Shown here: positions 35,527-50,047 of the stretch, piece by piece | Numbering within the stretch: the first letter of the stretch is position 1 | Layout: the number at the start of each line of letters is the position of its first letter | Assembly (NCBI GenBank): GCA_000934665.2 | Contig: KZ538086.1 | Coordinates: 1-64,000, forward strand | Reading direction: 5' to 3' | Length of the DNA: 64,000 bases | DNA from: Catajapyx aquilonaris | Lineage: Eukaryota | Program-made: the position numbers and the translations under genes | The notes under the pieces: model-generated | The model's database searches: none | Seen by the model: only the letters and a program-made list of their open reading frames with translations | Told to the model about the DNA's origin: nothing

Positions 35527-38500
35527 CGTTGGCCTGATTTAACAATAATACGATGATTTCTGCTCATTTCCTTCCGCGAGTACTGCGAATGTACTGTACT
35601 GTGCATATAATCTCACGGGCGCCGTTGGTTGTTTGGTGTCCACCCTTCAGTTTATTTATTTATATATATTTTCCCCCTCTCCCCTCCCTCTTCCTCCAGT
35701 TTTGAACCTATTCCCCTTTGCCCTGCTAACTCCAGCCCCATTTTTGAGCTCGGAGTTTGGTGGCGGGCTCGGGTTCATAACGCCGCGGGTATTGTTTATC
35801 ATAGGAAGGGAGAGCGGGAACATAAGAAGCCTTTTAGCGTAATGAGAAGAACTCCTTGGGAAGAGAAGGCGTGGATTATCGCTCCTGTCTTGCAACCCTC
35901 CCCCCCCCTCTTCCCTCCCCCGTCTCACTCCCCCAGCCCTCCCTCCACACTCCCTTCTTTCTAATTACATGTAGACTCCGGGCGCTGCCAAGATCGCCTT
36001 TTTATGGCGCCTGACACAAATGGATAGACGCAGAGAGTAACAGACATCTTGGGGAATTTTTCCTCCTTTCTCCTGGTTTCCGGTGACATGTCGCGCCGTC
36101 TCATTTTTGCCGGGAAACACTACATTTTCGCATGGCGGGAAGTCGGCGCCCGCTTTCTCAATTACATTTGTCGCCAAGGTGCCTCGGATTACGCCGCGAT
36201 TAAAAGGACCTGGTGTAAACATATCTCGGAATCTCCGGAACGGATATTCCGGGTTCATTATTGGGGCGCCGCCTCCAATCATGCCTCGCAATTATTGTTC
36301 CAACAAGTGGAATATTTTTCTTTTTACCGCCCAGATCATTTGGAAATGTGTGCTTTCAGACGCCGTTTTCTAATATTCTCTGCCAGATGGTTCTATACCT
36401 CTCCCACCCCCCGTTTTTTCTCATACCTCACCCTACCCTCCACCTCTCCCTCGCAACAAGACGAGCGCATTATTGTAGGGGCCCAGTGCAAGGGCCCTGC
36501 GAAATGTTTTATTGAAGACCGGAGCAAATCTGGAACAGCGTTTGTGGGTTTGTAAATAAAATAACTGTCACAGGGAATGGTAACTTCAAAGTTTGGGTTT
36601 CGGCTAGCGGAAAGGCAACGTTTTATGTGGCTCATAAAACTCCCCGATGTCAGGTCTAAGTCGGGCTTCTTAAATTATAGGGGGTTTGCTGAGGTGAAGT
36701 AGAATAGTGGGAGCAGGTGTTGAGGGTGACAGAATATTTCGCCTCAATGCAATGGTCGCACACATGTCACCTACGTGTGAGGTGAGGTCCGCGTCACGCG
36801 GTGGTGGTAGGTCAAAGCAAGGGTAACGTCTTGTTTGAAAGAGAAGTTTGTGCTTTTTGAAAATTCAGCATTGTAGGCAGCTTTGCTAGATTATTATTTG
36901 AGCCAAAGTAGCCAACCACGCCGCTACCCAGTTCATTTTGTGATCCTGGCTGAAGTTTGATCACTTGATAACGCAGTGTGGTCTGCGAGCACAAGTTCCC
37001 CTGCACTTTTGCGCGTCGGTATGCATTATGCAGTTGTGATAGTGGAGATTTAAAATTTACTGCTCGATTAATTGTACTATTTGGCGGTTTGATTTGGACA
37101 GGTATCCCCCGATTGAGCGCCGAAGCCTGAGCCCCGTGCGCTGCGTTATACCCCCCGAATAATGCGATATTTTGTTTAACAATGAGCTCCAGACCTGTAA
37201 AAAGCCAAAAATTCCCAGTAAACCTGCGCAGAAAGCCTATTACCGCCCTTGTATCTCTATGCTAGAGCCACCTGTACACCATTATTCAATCTACCGTTGC
37301 GCATAAATCAAGTGGCAGTGGCAATCCGGTTGAGCTTATATGTTCCAATACTAGAACGGCTGCAATAATAAATCCCTGTCAACGTAGCGAGTCCATAACA
37401 AGCCGGGACTAGGAATTAATTGTTGCTTTCGTAATCAGAGGGAGGTCATGCAGGGCGGCCAAGTACTTTCAGCACTAACCTGAGGTCAGCAGTGCACTCT
37501 CTTCCCCCAGGTTATAAATCGCGGTGATGGGAACCTCCAATCAGAATGGAAGCCTCCGAAACCCCATCAAAGGTAGCCGAGAGACTTAGCTCGAGTCGTG
37601 AGATAGCCTTCCCGAGTAGCGCCCAGAAACCTAAAGGGCCTGATTTGGACTTTTCATTACCCGCTTGCACTGGCCTTTTGTCATGGGCCTCGTTCTCATC
37701 CCCACACCCCCTGGCAGTGCCTGGTGTACAGGGTGAAACGGAAACTACTCTCAGTGTCAACTTGATAGCAGCCATGAAGCCCAGTGTCATTTGTGCATCG
37801 GACTTTTATGTAGAATCCACAGCTCTCTGGGAAAATATCGCAGCCGGACACGCTGTAAAGATTCTACATTATATTCATTTTATGTCCTCACACTGCATAC
37901 TGCTTATGAAACACCTAACAGCTTAGCAGGTTGTGCTTTGATCCCGGTTGTATACTAGATGTACTCCAGTGATGTTGGTTTGGTGCAGCAAGTACAGCCG
38001 TGTGCGGAAGTTCACTGAACATTCTCCACTGTTTTGTGTACGCACAATGCACCAAGTCTCGGCGGAATTGTGCAACTTGCGGGGGCATATTTTATTCACT
38101 TTTTTAAAAAGTTGTCAGGGTGGAAAGCAGTGTGGAAGGCTGATGCACAAAGTATTTCTTGGCGTAATTCTCCTTTAATGAATCGACTTGTTCAGCTCGG
38201 TTGTGGTGTACTGAGGCGGCCTTTGTGCGGGACTACAATGCCATTGTAATTGCCGTGCCCACTCTTTTGGCCTTGTATAACCTTCTTTTCATATTTTTTC
38301 CCTCCAACTGTTGCTGCCGATTCTCTCAAGTTCTGACTCCCCCCCCCCTCCCTTCCCCCTCCCACACGCTTGCTGCCTTCCCTCCCCAGTCTCCGGCTCA
38401 TAATATGATGAATGATCATTAGTATGCTTGTAATATTTTGCTCATAATTCAGTTCTTTATTTTGGTGGTGACGGGAGTGGCTTGATCGATGGCCCGAAAG

Positions 38501-41500
38501 TAATTTTAAGCCCAAATGGGCTTTGCCTGCGATCGCTTTGCTAAAGAAGACCTATTGTCTCTCCCTGGAGGATGAAAACGCTACCTTACCATATTAAAGA
38601 TGGCGTGAGAAAGTGCAGTGGGCGGGGGAATGACGAATTGTCACCTGTCGTTTTCTTTTTTTCTCGGAATATGAAAAAAGGGGGACCAGAGCTGCGGGCT
38701 TATTGCTGTCACATGTGAGGTGAAAATAATTTTCGTGTAGAGAGCCATAATTACGGAACGTTTAAGGTTGGGACGTGACTGTAGAGGAATGAATCACAGA
38801 AGGAGTGGCCATAGAAAAGAAATTGATCTGGGTGCCACACGGTTTTTTCTTCTTCTTTTTTTTTACCCTGTGAATCTCCTCCGATGATCTGGGGCTCTCA
38901 GTTGCAGCTGCCGCTTCGTAATTTTCTTCCTTTTCGTGCCGCTACGCGACATTATCATCTTATGGCTTCATTTTTTTTCGCTTGCTGGAAAGCTTGTTAT
39001 GGCCCATGTCCTGGGAGGTACGGGCTTGAAGGGGGTAAAAAGTGGGCGGGGTGTGCCTTTTTAACACTTTTGTCACATCAATCTTGAGACATGTGAGGCC
39101 GACATTTCTTTGGTGCCCGCTGAGGTCGGATTTGCCAGTGCTGCTGCTGCGAACTATACCGGGCAGCAGACGCCAGAAGTTTCCTCCGTGGCACACACGT
39201 CTATTGCAGGCCCTGTTAATTAGTTGTGGAGGCTCCGGCGGCAAAGTTGCAAACGGAGCAATAGTTCGGGAATAAACTTTTGGCTTCGTTGCTTGAAGGT
39301 ATCGCCCGAAGGAAGACAATGCCTGTGTCATCCGGTCCGTTAAGCTGAACTTTGGGGTTTGGAAGGAAGGGGGTTGGAGATTCAAAGGGAGGCAGAAGAA
39401 ATGCGGCAAGAATCTTCCGAGCGGCGCGTTTCATGCCTTCTCAACGGAATTCCGGTTGTGTTTCCCAAAAGCTCCAAGAGGAGGAAAACCTCTCTCCACC
39501 CATCCCCCTCCCCTCACCCAAAGGAAGGTGGGAAGGTAAAGGAAGCTATGTGGGGAATCGCATAACCTACGAGTACTGACTTGTGCACGACTTTGTCACT
39601 GCGGATCTTAGCCAGGGTGGTGGCGGCGGGGGATAGTGGCACGAAGGAAGGAGAGGGTGGGGAGGAAGGAAGGGGGCAGAGAGGCGTGGGCATTCCGACC
39701 ACTTCTTGGGAGCCAATTTTGCAGTGTTTGCCCAGGAGGGAAAAGAAAAGCGGACAAGCGTGCCAAGTATTTCGCGAATACTGCCTTGCCAGGGAAACTT
39801 TGGCAGGAAGAACCCGGTTGGGGGAGGGCGAGAGAGGGGTACCTGAAACGTCGTCAGCGTTATCGCCCTCTTGCACTTTCATTGCCACCGCACAGCTCCT
39901 TTTAATTATTTGGCGATAAGAGAGCCCCGGCAAGTGCCTGATAGAAGTGGATGTGGAAGGGCATCAAAATGAGAAGCGCTTCTCTTTTCTGTGCAGGGTC
40001 CCTCGTTTGATAACTAGAGCGTGTCTCCGCAGGTGGCTTAAAACGAGTAAACAAAGCGAAACGAGTGCCTCCATATATTATGGCTTGCAACACAGAGGAG
40101 AGGAGGAGAAGGGTACAAAAAATAAAGAGAAGAATCAGCGCACTTGTGTTGGCACCTTCTTCCTGGGGCATATTCCCATTGTGTCTGGTTGACGGCGCTT
40201 GTGTCGTGAGTAAGTGGTCCATTCCGGTGGCCGAGGGTATAATGTCTGCAAGTCCCCCGTGTGGTCGCATTATGAAGACTGACTTAGCAGGAAGACTGAA
40301 AGTCTCCATCGAGGCCGCCGCCGCCTCTCTTCTGAGGGGGGAGTGAAAAAAAGAGAGGGAGAGAAGGGAAGTCTCTTTTAGCAGAAAAGTGGGTGGGAGG
40401 TGGGGGTGTATAAGTCGGAAGAGCATCTCTTCTCCAGGGCTGGCCATTAGTGGCGCGGCCGGAAACAAGGCCCCGGGCCTCGCTAATGAAAACATGGGGG
40501 CCGAGCAAGCAGCCAGCGCAATAACAGCCCCGGCTGCATACGAGACCGACCGCCTGTACGAAGCGGGGAAATAAGGAGCCGTTGGGAATGGCCGAATCCA
40601 ACCGGGGTCCTACTACTGTGCTGCTACTACTATACTGGGGAAGAGGAAGAGAGGGAGGGAGGGAGGTGGCGGGGGTTATTAAGGAGCTCTTGCATTAAGG
40701 CGACCATTTCCACTTGTTTCCTGGAGTGCATAGGATGTTTCCTCCCAGGTCTCCCGCAGACTAATTGACGAGTGGAGCGTAAAAGGGTCTTCGGTGTCCT
40801 TCTTTTTTGCCGGGTCGCACTCTACAGGGTGCGCAGGGATCCGACCCAAAAACGCTACTCGAACTCTCAGTTAGTTTACTGTGGCAACCCTCTTGATCGC
40901 ACTTTGCAAAGCAGCAAATCCTAGACTCTGTATAAGTTGGATGGCCATCGTTTTGTTTAGAGCCTGTGACCAACAGACTAGACAAAAGCGATATCCTATA
41001 GGCCCAATGCCTTTTTGTGACGTGAAACTTGCTGTACATCCGTGACTTTACTTTATTAAAATATATTAGGCCGTTATCTGGATTTATGGGGTGCTCTATA
41101 AAATATCGAATGGTTTTTCACTTCGCAGTGTTTCCTGTTGTAATTTCTATTTCGGTTACTCGACGTAATTCCTAGAGCAATTTAAAGTCAATTTGATTTT
41201 TTTAAAACTGAAATTGACGGAAAGAATGGAATTAGTCGACATTAAATTTTTCACGCGTACACTAAATGGGCGCGAATAATAATAATAATAATCATTTTCA
41301 ATTAATCTAGTGAGTCCTTGCCTATAATTGCCAAATCAATGAGTTCCGACCTAGAAAAAAAAAGATTGATGAGACATTTCAAACAGCAAGAGTAATAATT
41401 AAAATAATTAATATTGGAATGCAACTGTAGCGCACGTGACAACTCCAAATGACTACTGCATCTGTACGAAGCGGTTATAGGCAACCCCACGCTTGGTGAA

Positions 41501-43925
41501 TAGCCGAGTACAACATTTTAACCTGGAGCAACTGGCAGAAAACTATTATGATCTGTTTTGCGGTTTTGCACATTACAATGCTGCCTCACCCTGTACGCCG
41601 CACAGTGTTCGCCCCGATGATTCGTGCAGTTTTTGGGCGCGGCCGCTTGTTGCCTGCACATGTTAACCCGCGTTTAAGCTATGTTTTTCATGCTGCGGAA
41701 GGACAGTTAATTACGTGCATAGTTGAGGGATGCGCCTGCGAGCGAAATTATGACTTATGGCTTACCCCTAGCTGGAGCACCAGAGCGGAAGGCCTGTCAG
41801 CGGTGACCCCCCTGGAGGCTTCCATCGGGTCACATTTCACGGGCCACCCGTGATACCCCCACACGAGAGGGGTGAGAGAGGCAACAAAAAGAGAGGGAGG
41901 GAGAGAGAGGGAAAAAAATCGGGAAAAGGTGATAATTAATAGCGGTTGCGGCTGGGCTGACCACGCGGACAACAAAGCGATCTCTGTTCACAGTGAAGAA
42001 CGACACATCAATCCTTCAACGGCCTCCCAAGAACAAACAAGAGTGACAGCTGTGGTGCATCACTGTCACGCCGCACCAGACTCCTAATGCATAGCGCTGC
42101 ATCACCCCCTAATTTTATTCCGCAGTGTAATCAGGGCTTAATTACGCGGGCCTGTGCCCTGTTCTCCCATTATAAAACAGGATGGTTGTTAGCGTGCTGC
42201 TGCTCCTGCCTGCCTGTGCCGCCGCTCTCAAGGTCCTCTCGGATGACGCGCATTTTTGGACGCTTTCAGACACCTCGGTTCAGACACTGCCTGACAACTA
42301 ATTGGCAGCACAAGCCGGGGACCTATTCGGACAGGTGTACGGCTGAATGTTTCACCTGCCGGGGATCATATTCGCGGCTCAAGTACTGCGTTGCATGTAG
42401 ATTTGATGCGCCTCCTGTAATAGGCTCGCATCAGACTAGAAGTGGACTCCATTTGGGATTCTTGGGGTAACACGCCATAGCCTCTGACCTCCCTCATGTT
42501 GGCGGTTCGTTGATGCTTTGGTGCGAACCACATCCTCTCCAGCCTGGATTTAGTGCTGAACAACAACTGCAAGCCACAATCTCTAAATGCCGCATTACCA
42601 TGTGTACACAAAGACGGTAGTTTGCTGGTGTAACATGCGCTTTATTAGGCACAGACGAATGCTTATGGGGTGACACGAAAAAGCGGCCAGAATTAGGCCA
42701 AGGAATGGCTGAAGTAGCCATATCTTTGCATGGTAAGGGCGTAGTTGGTTAGTTGGGTTTAAAAGGCAGCTGGAAGGCCAACTCCAATGTAAGTCATTAC
42801 TGAGATTAATTCTCTGTTATGTCATTTCCTCTACTGGGATTTTAAAACCTGAAGTAGGCCTACTGATGCGTAACAGTATGAGGAGGATTTTTCAGAAATA
42901 CATGACGTATGCATTATACATTCTTTCACCCAGATTCTCTATTAAATAGAGGCTCGCTTTCCCCAGGGTGAACTCTGGTTTCCAGCCCTAAATCTAATAT
43001 TATACTGTAGCTGACTAGACATAGACAGGTACCGGCCAATATTTAGCTCATGCAGACTACAATAATGCTGCATAACGATATTAATTAGAGTGTTTAGTCC
43101 TGAAAACAAGTTAATTGAGCAGGGAGATAACAAGTGCGCAATCCCTCGTTAGATGCACTGGGTAACCTTCAAATTCGCAGGAAGTTGCAATTCTCCATAG
43201 AATGGTTTCTCAAAAAGGGTGGTAGGGCATTACAAGTAATTTATTAGTTAAGTGCAGTTTCTATGACCACACCTTGGGACTTCTTAGGTTCTGACTTAGT
43301 ATTTTGTCATGTAGGAAGACTTTTTTGTAGGTTTTCTCTGGATTCCCCCGTTTCAATACCCAGAATAAACCATCACTGCATTTCACTCATCTTGCCTTCT
43401 GCTGATTGAAGAAACTTGTAGCGTTAGTCGTGCATGTGACGCAGCATGATGTGCCGACGACACTACATTTAGCCTACTAGAGAGGCGAGTGTTGGTTCGT
43501 TTCGGGTGTGATACTGAATTAAAGTTGTCACATTGCTCAGTGTTGGGTAAACCCGCAACAGACACCCACTAAGAGTGCGCGTGCAAAACCACGTCACATG
43601 AGCATTACTGTTCTCACGCCGGTAGATATGTGGAGAGGGGTGGGGGGATGAGGATGGACCCCCCTCCAAAAAAGTGGTTCGATGGAGCGGGGAAACTGCA
43701 GGCGCCGGTGTGGCGCCGGCAGCCAACCAACTGTGGTGGCCGCCAACGGCGCCAACCCCCGCTCGCCCCAGCCCCCGCCCCCACACACCCGCAGCCCCAT
43801 ATCTCCCCAAAGACCGGCCCGGGCATTGTTTTCTCTAATTGAGTGTAACTAAGCAGGGAGTAACAGAGAGGGCGCCAAATTCGGTCGGCGATGGCACAGC
43901 CAGTCATGGCCCCACCCCACCCACT

Positions 43926-43943
43926 AGCAGCAGCAGCAGCAGC
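43926..43943 (+). repeat. (AGC)6 trinucleotide microsatellite
   Basis: agcagcagcagcagcagc read directly from the sequence. Confidence 0.85.
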
Positions 43944-46900
43944 AACCAAACCATGGGCGCCCCCGCCTCCCTGCCTGCCTGCCAGCATCGCGACGCCATC
44001 CCCAAACACTCTTTGTCCGAAGCCGCCGTCGAGTTTTCCGGTGGTTTGCTTACGCTGTATGCGCGTTATGTTGTGTATGACACACATGGATGCTGGGTGG
44101 TGGGGAGGTGTCATTGTCTCTCCGGACCCATATTGTTCCGCTTATTACGCCATTCCGCACCGTGTGTGGCGTGCATGCGACGAGGCAAATGTAGCGTGGA
44201 TGTCATAGAGCGGCAGTTAGCAGTCGGTGCTGCTGGAAGGGCGGGAGGGCGGGCAAAAGGGACCTACTCTACTACTACTACCCCTCCCTCCCTCTCTATC
44301 CTCTTCCCACTCTCCCACCCCTCCATTGCCCTCCACCAACCAACCAACACTCTTCACCACCAGGGGGATACAGTATCGCATAACCTAGGATGCACGTACT
44401 CGACATCAAATGAATTCCCACGGCGCCTCTAGACCTGTTGCGTGCGGTGCGTGCACGTGCGGAAATATTCGCGGTCGGCGTATTTTGTCGGCCAAGAGCC
44501 GCTTAGGCGGTACAGATAATGCGTGGCTTGGGGCTGTAAAAAAAAAGGAGGCAACTTGGTGTGTATGTGTGGGTGGGTGGGCGGGTGGGGGGCCTGGAAA
44601 ATGTTGGCTTCCCCAGAAGATGTCAGCCGGCACTAAATCAGGCTGGGTGGTTATGTCCACCACTTGCAGTAAATTCTTTCGGTTAAATGGCCGCCCTAAA
44701 GTCAGATAATTTTACCGGATGAGAATAGTTGCGATGAAAATGTCCGCTTTATTGTTTAATAGTGGTCATGACGCAGTAGGAATTCGTGAAGCGCACGGCC
44801 ATCACGGCACTAAAGTCTGACGTGATTCCTATACACCTGAATATCATGTGAATGGCAGGTGCAGTAAAATGCGTGTATGGAATTGTGCAGGGGAGCTGTG
44901 GTGTGCTGGGCTCGAAAGCACCATATAGCCCATCGCCACCAATATTAGGGCCTAGCCATATAAAAAAATTATAATAACATAATTACTTGGGCCGAGAATT
45001 TAACTATGAAAAAAACCAGAGGCGCACATGTCCGGCATCATTGCATTCCCGTCGAGAGAAGAGAGTGCTTAAATTGCGCCGGATATCCTGATTTGAGAAC
45101 TTTTTAGCGGCTAATTTTTTTGCAATTAAAAAATGTTTGTTGAGCCTCGCTTTTGTGAAGCCGCTTGGAATTGTTCATAATTTAGGCCAACCTTTTAAGT
45201 GGGTGCCAACAGTTGTTACGGCGATTTTATTGTGGCACGTCGATTACCTCGCTGAAATGTTTGACGGGCCTAAAAGTATTTTTATTTTATTTATTTTATT
45301 TTTTTGAAAGTGGCGAAGCAGCTATAGTAGCAAGGGAGAGCTATAGAGAAGGAAGTAGGAAAAAGTGAGTATTCCCATTCGAGACAACGTTGAGCGAAGT
45401 AAACTCACTCAGATCTCTCTGGAGATGTTGTTCCCTTACCCAAGTCATGAATAACGGTGGAAGTTGATGGATTTTTGAATGAACCTAGGGGCTTTCTACA
45501 TCAACCTACTGATTTCTGTAGTGGTCTTTGTGAAGCAGTCTTGGCTAACCCTCTTAGCCGAGGCGGAAAAAAAAGCAAAATAGGTCGGGCGAGGTGAAAA
45601 GTGGTAAATCACAGATTTCCTCCGACGTAAATGATTTCATTATTTTTCATGTTCGGCCTTGTTGCGTTACGATGCAAATGCGACTCGCATTTAAAAAAAA
45701 ATGTAATGTATATATCGGTGTTTGTGAAAGGGTACCATATAAACATTCCGATAAAAAGAAACGGAGTGGTGATGTAGATTCTGGGAGTAGTCAGGTCCAT
45801 GGAGACTGAGTAATTGATATTTTGTGATTCAGACGGCATGATACCCGCCGTGTGAGATAGGAATGTTATCGGCGGCAGATTAGAGGGATGTGGGTGGGCG
45901 TGGAAAAGGTTTCATTTTCGCGGGCGCCTCACGTGTGGTTTGCGGAGAAATGAGGAGACCAGGGTGCTGATGAGGGTTTTTGACTCTAGAGAGTAGGCGC
46001 CGAGGCCCTTTCATCTCTGCCTGGCCCAGGCTGCCTGGTCTGATTGGAAACCGACACACGGAATGGCTCAATCGGATCACTTGGAGCCTGCTGAGAAAGG
46101 AACGGGAAGTGGATTATTTGTCAGCAACGGGAGGTGCACGGGCCCTCATACCTTTATAAGGATTCGTTACTCTTGTTTCCGTCTTGAATCCTGGACTGAT
46201 TATCAGGGTTAAGTATCGAGCAGCATCACCGGACTGGCCACATCCGCCCAAGCAATCGTGAGCACCAGACAGTGGTGTTTGCAACCACTGCTGATTTTTT
46301 TGGCGTTTTGTTGAGGGCAATAATACCATTTTTAGTCGTTCATGGTGTACGGGAGAGCAGGAGTCATTTGGCAGGAGAAGCATGTGCAGCACATTTGGAT
46401 TCAATCTGGGGCGTCTTGTGATGTAGGTGTACCCAAATACCTCGCCTTGCTTCCCCCCCNCCCCCCCCCCAAACCCCCCTTTTTCTGCGCAATTTGCATC
46501 GCGCAGGTCAATTTTGAAGCCTGTGCTTTGACCTGATCAGTCAGGAAGGAAACTTCAGCAGGTAAAAATGCTGTGGGCTACTCGATTGCAAGCGACGTGG
46601 ACTTACAGACTTGATGTAAACTGTAGGCACCATTTATCAGTATCGCAGTATCCCCTCCGGCCACGTCCCGTTAAATAAATACTCTGTTCCTGATGCTGAA
46701 TGGCGTATGCACCGCGTTATAGACAGCGTTCCTAGCCCGAAGGCCTTTCCCTCCAGCAAAAGAGCGGCCGTTTAGCCCCTGAGATGGCGGCAATACGTGA
46801 TGCAAGAGAGGCGCTTAGGTTAGCGGACTTCCAGGATGAAGCTTGGCCGCATTTTATAAACACAGATTGTCAAGCGAGCGTTTTCCCGGGCGCGATGCTG

Positions 46901-49900
46901 TCAGCATCCGCATCAACGCTTCTGCGTGGAAATGCACAGTCACTTAATCATGTTACGGACTTTTTTGCCGCCTTTTTTTTTTTGTTTCGGAGCGAACTGT
47001 CAATATAGGCACTATAATGCGCATTATGTGCGGTTTGTTTTTTGGGGGAGAGCTGAACCATTTTGGTCCACATGGGATTAAGGAACAGTGTGGATGTCGC
47101 AGGAAGTTGGGCAGAAGTGTGCTGCAGGGCTCGTTTCCTGTAAGCAAGTTTATATTGTTCACTTTTGTGCACTCCCTCTCGCCGTTAGCAGCCGGACAAA
47201 AGGCCTGTCCTGCGACGTCCTAATGTCTCTGTGCCCATGGGTTGATTACGGCGCATGTAGGGCGGCACTAAATGTGGAGGACGGAAAGCCAAAATAAAAG
47301 AGGGGGTCACGTGCAGATATAAAAGTCCAATCTTGCCTTCATCCCGGGTCCCCATTAAAAGAAAATCGGAAGGTCGCTGCCATATAATGTCAGCTCATCA
47401 TCCGCCGCTTCTCCCGAGTCCCTCAGACCTTGTGCCCTTGAACGTTATCGCCATAACTTTTGGTATCGCTCTAATGCTGAAGTATACCAAAGTATACTGG
47501 TTGTTGTACCCTCGATGCATGGGGGGGGAAGCGAGGAGGGGACGGTGGGGAATGGGGGAGGGGTGCGAAGGAGGACTGCGAAACTACCCACTTTGGGAAA
47601 GTGGAAAAGTTGGTAAAAGCCTGCACATATATATGTAGTCCGTGGAAGTCTATTGCCGGAGAAATAGGTTGGCTAATGAGTACGTACGGGCTAAATCCTC
47701 ATTTAGCCAGGGAAGATATCAGAAGGACTTTGGATCATAAAGAAGGGGAGGATATGGGCGAGTCATGGCAGCAGAGCAGGGCTGGCCTGGCTCCCCAGGA
47801 AAGTTGAGAGCCAGGTTCTTGTAAGTGGCAAGTAAACTGATGCGCGACTCTGCCGTTGTTATGTAGGCATTGGATGAGCTGGGGTGTGGGGAGAGTGGGA
47901 TGGAGGGCTAGATGCAACATGTCCTCCCTGAGACCATTCAGTCGGCTGGATTGCTCCGGGAGCAAAAGGGCTCCGGTTTCAGGTGAAAGCTGCAAACTCC
48001 CGTCTGGGGTGGACCTGCGGTTTCATCCTAGCAGAGTGCGAAAATTAACTCCGGGAGGCTCCAGTGCAAACGGTGTGCACTAGGTACACGGCCACATTCT
48101 GCACTCATCCCTCCCCCTCTCCCTTCCATTCCCCGAGCCCCCATGCCTAGTGCAGTAATTAGCCCGCTCGTGTGAACGATGTATCCGGAGAGGGGGGGAA
48201 ATTTCCCAGTCCGGTCCGAGTTCTATTAGCCCGTAACCCGCATCGTTTTTCATTTTTCATCTGGTCATCTTTTACCGCCTTTTCCTTGCCAGTCTGGGAA
48301 TTCCCATGACCATTGCTGGTGTGGTGGCCAGCAGGGTGGTGGGATGGATGGATGGGATAAAACCATGCTGATCCAATCCAACGCTTCGTACCCATACGTG
48401 CGCTTCTTCCTAATTTCTAATCTATATTAATTTGGGCTCCAACACTCCATGAAAGTTCATAACTTCATTATCGAGCTGTCCTGTGTGTGCTTTATGAATG
48501 CGTCAGTTTTGCCTGGGCCCATATAGCCAGGGTCCTCCCTTATGTATTAGGTGCTAAATCTTTGACACCCCTCCTACCATCCCACCCTACCTACTACCCC
48601 CTTTTCCCGAACCGGGCTCCCAACTTTACAAATTGGTTTTTGTTTCCCCGACCAGGAAGTGTGTCCGAGATTGGATTACAATATTTATGCAAGCATGTGA
48701 GGTGGCCCGTGTGGAAATGGAATTTTAAAATGTCGGAAAACTTGCGCGCAAGTAGGACTAAGGTATCGGGGACGCTAGGTTTTTGGCGGTCTGGGGCCAA
48801 AAGTGGCCGCGAACGTGATGAATAAAATGAAAAGGGGGACAGTAAATGTAGTGAGGGTGTCGGTCTGAGTATATAGGCGGCCATAAGGCGGTGGTTGTGA
48901 TGCGGATGGTCTTCCGGGCAGCCTTGGGGCAGGGCCACTCGGAGACAATAGGGTTTCTGGCGGAGACGGAATGGCCGGCCTACAATGCCGGGGAGGGGGT
49001 CATCCTAGAAGCTCGCCTTTTCCTAAATGGAGTGGCGCAATATAAAAGGGTGGTGGGGATGGGGAGGGAGGGGGACGGGGTGGGACGATGAGACTGCTTG
49101 GCAAAAAGAGGATTGTTAGGGGGAGACTGGAAAGAGGAGGGGGAGGGAGGAGAATTGAGCCTGGCTGGAATGGGCTACTGCATTATGGAGCCACAGCATA
49201 CGTTTAAAACCTTCAAAAATGGACCTTTCTCCACTGTGCTGGCCATCTCGCAGTTGTGTCATCAAAGTGGCTCCATTATCAGGGCTGTAGTTTTCTCCTT
49301 GCCCATGGAGGAGGGTGGGGGGGGGGGAGTCAAATGGTGTTGGGAGCCCATTCTTTCTGCTCTCTAACTTCTAGTTTCAAGCTGCCGGATGAAATTGTTC
49401 TGCTACGTGGTGGACCTGACTTGCGACGCACTTGGAAAAAAAGGGAGTTGCAACCAGTTTACTTCTACTTTATACATATCACTCCTTTAACATTAGGAGC
49501 CGCTTTTATGACTCTGAGTTAACTACTGTCTACAAACCTGCACGCTCCTCTCTTCTTTTGCCCCCAACTTCTTGAGCTCTTGACTGAGCTTTCTAAGTCT
49601 GGTGGGGCCTTGGACTTAATTGTACCTGAGTAGGCCGCGTGCCTATTTTGATCCATCAGCTTATCATCCTAAGCGTCATCTCGCCCACGGTGCACCTCTG
49701 GAGTTCTCCCCCCCCCCCCACCCCCCCNCCCCCCTCTCTTTTTTTCGTGTTACGCTACAGCACCGACAGGCATCGATCCAATTATGGCTCGCTCCACATT
49801 CCATTAATTGGGGAGTCGGAAAGAAAATTCATAATGCACAGGGACATCCCTACATAATGCAGTTGTGCATTACGTGCGGGCTTCACTTGGCGCGTTGACC

Positions 49901-50016
49901 ATTTGCAGTGCGGGCAATAAAAACAGACGATATTCCCAGCTCATCCCACCCCACTGGGCCTCGCGTCTGGCTCTGCGTAAATGGAGCACAGGAACAGCAG
50001 ACAGCCAGCCAGCCAA

Positions 50017-50047
50017 AGAGAGAGAGAGAGAGAGAGTGTGTGTGTGT
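50017..50047 (+). repeat. Compound (AG)n(TG)n microsatellite
   Basis: (AG)10 followed directly by a TG run. Confidence 0.85.

Noticed and set aside
37474..37516. CTAAC ... ctctcttcccccAG|GTTATA
   Set aside because: Several AGs intervene between the branch motif and the acceptor, and the donor is poor. Similar weak AG|GT cases near 22269, 35339 and 60180 were rejected because the donor or the pyrimidine tract was poor.
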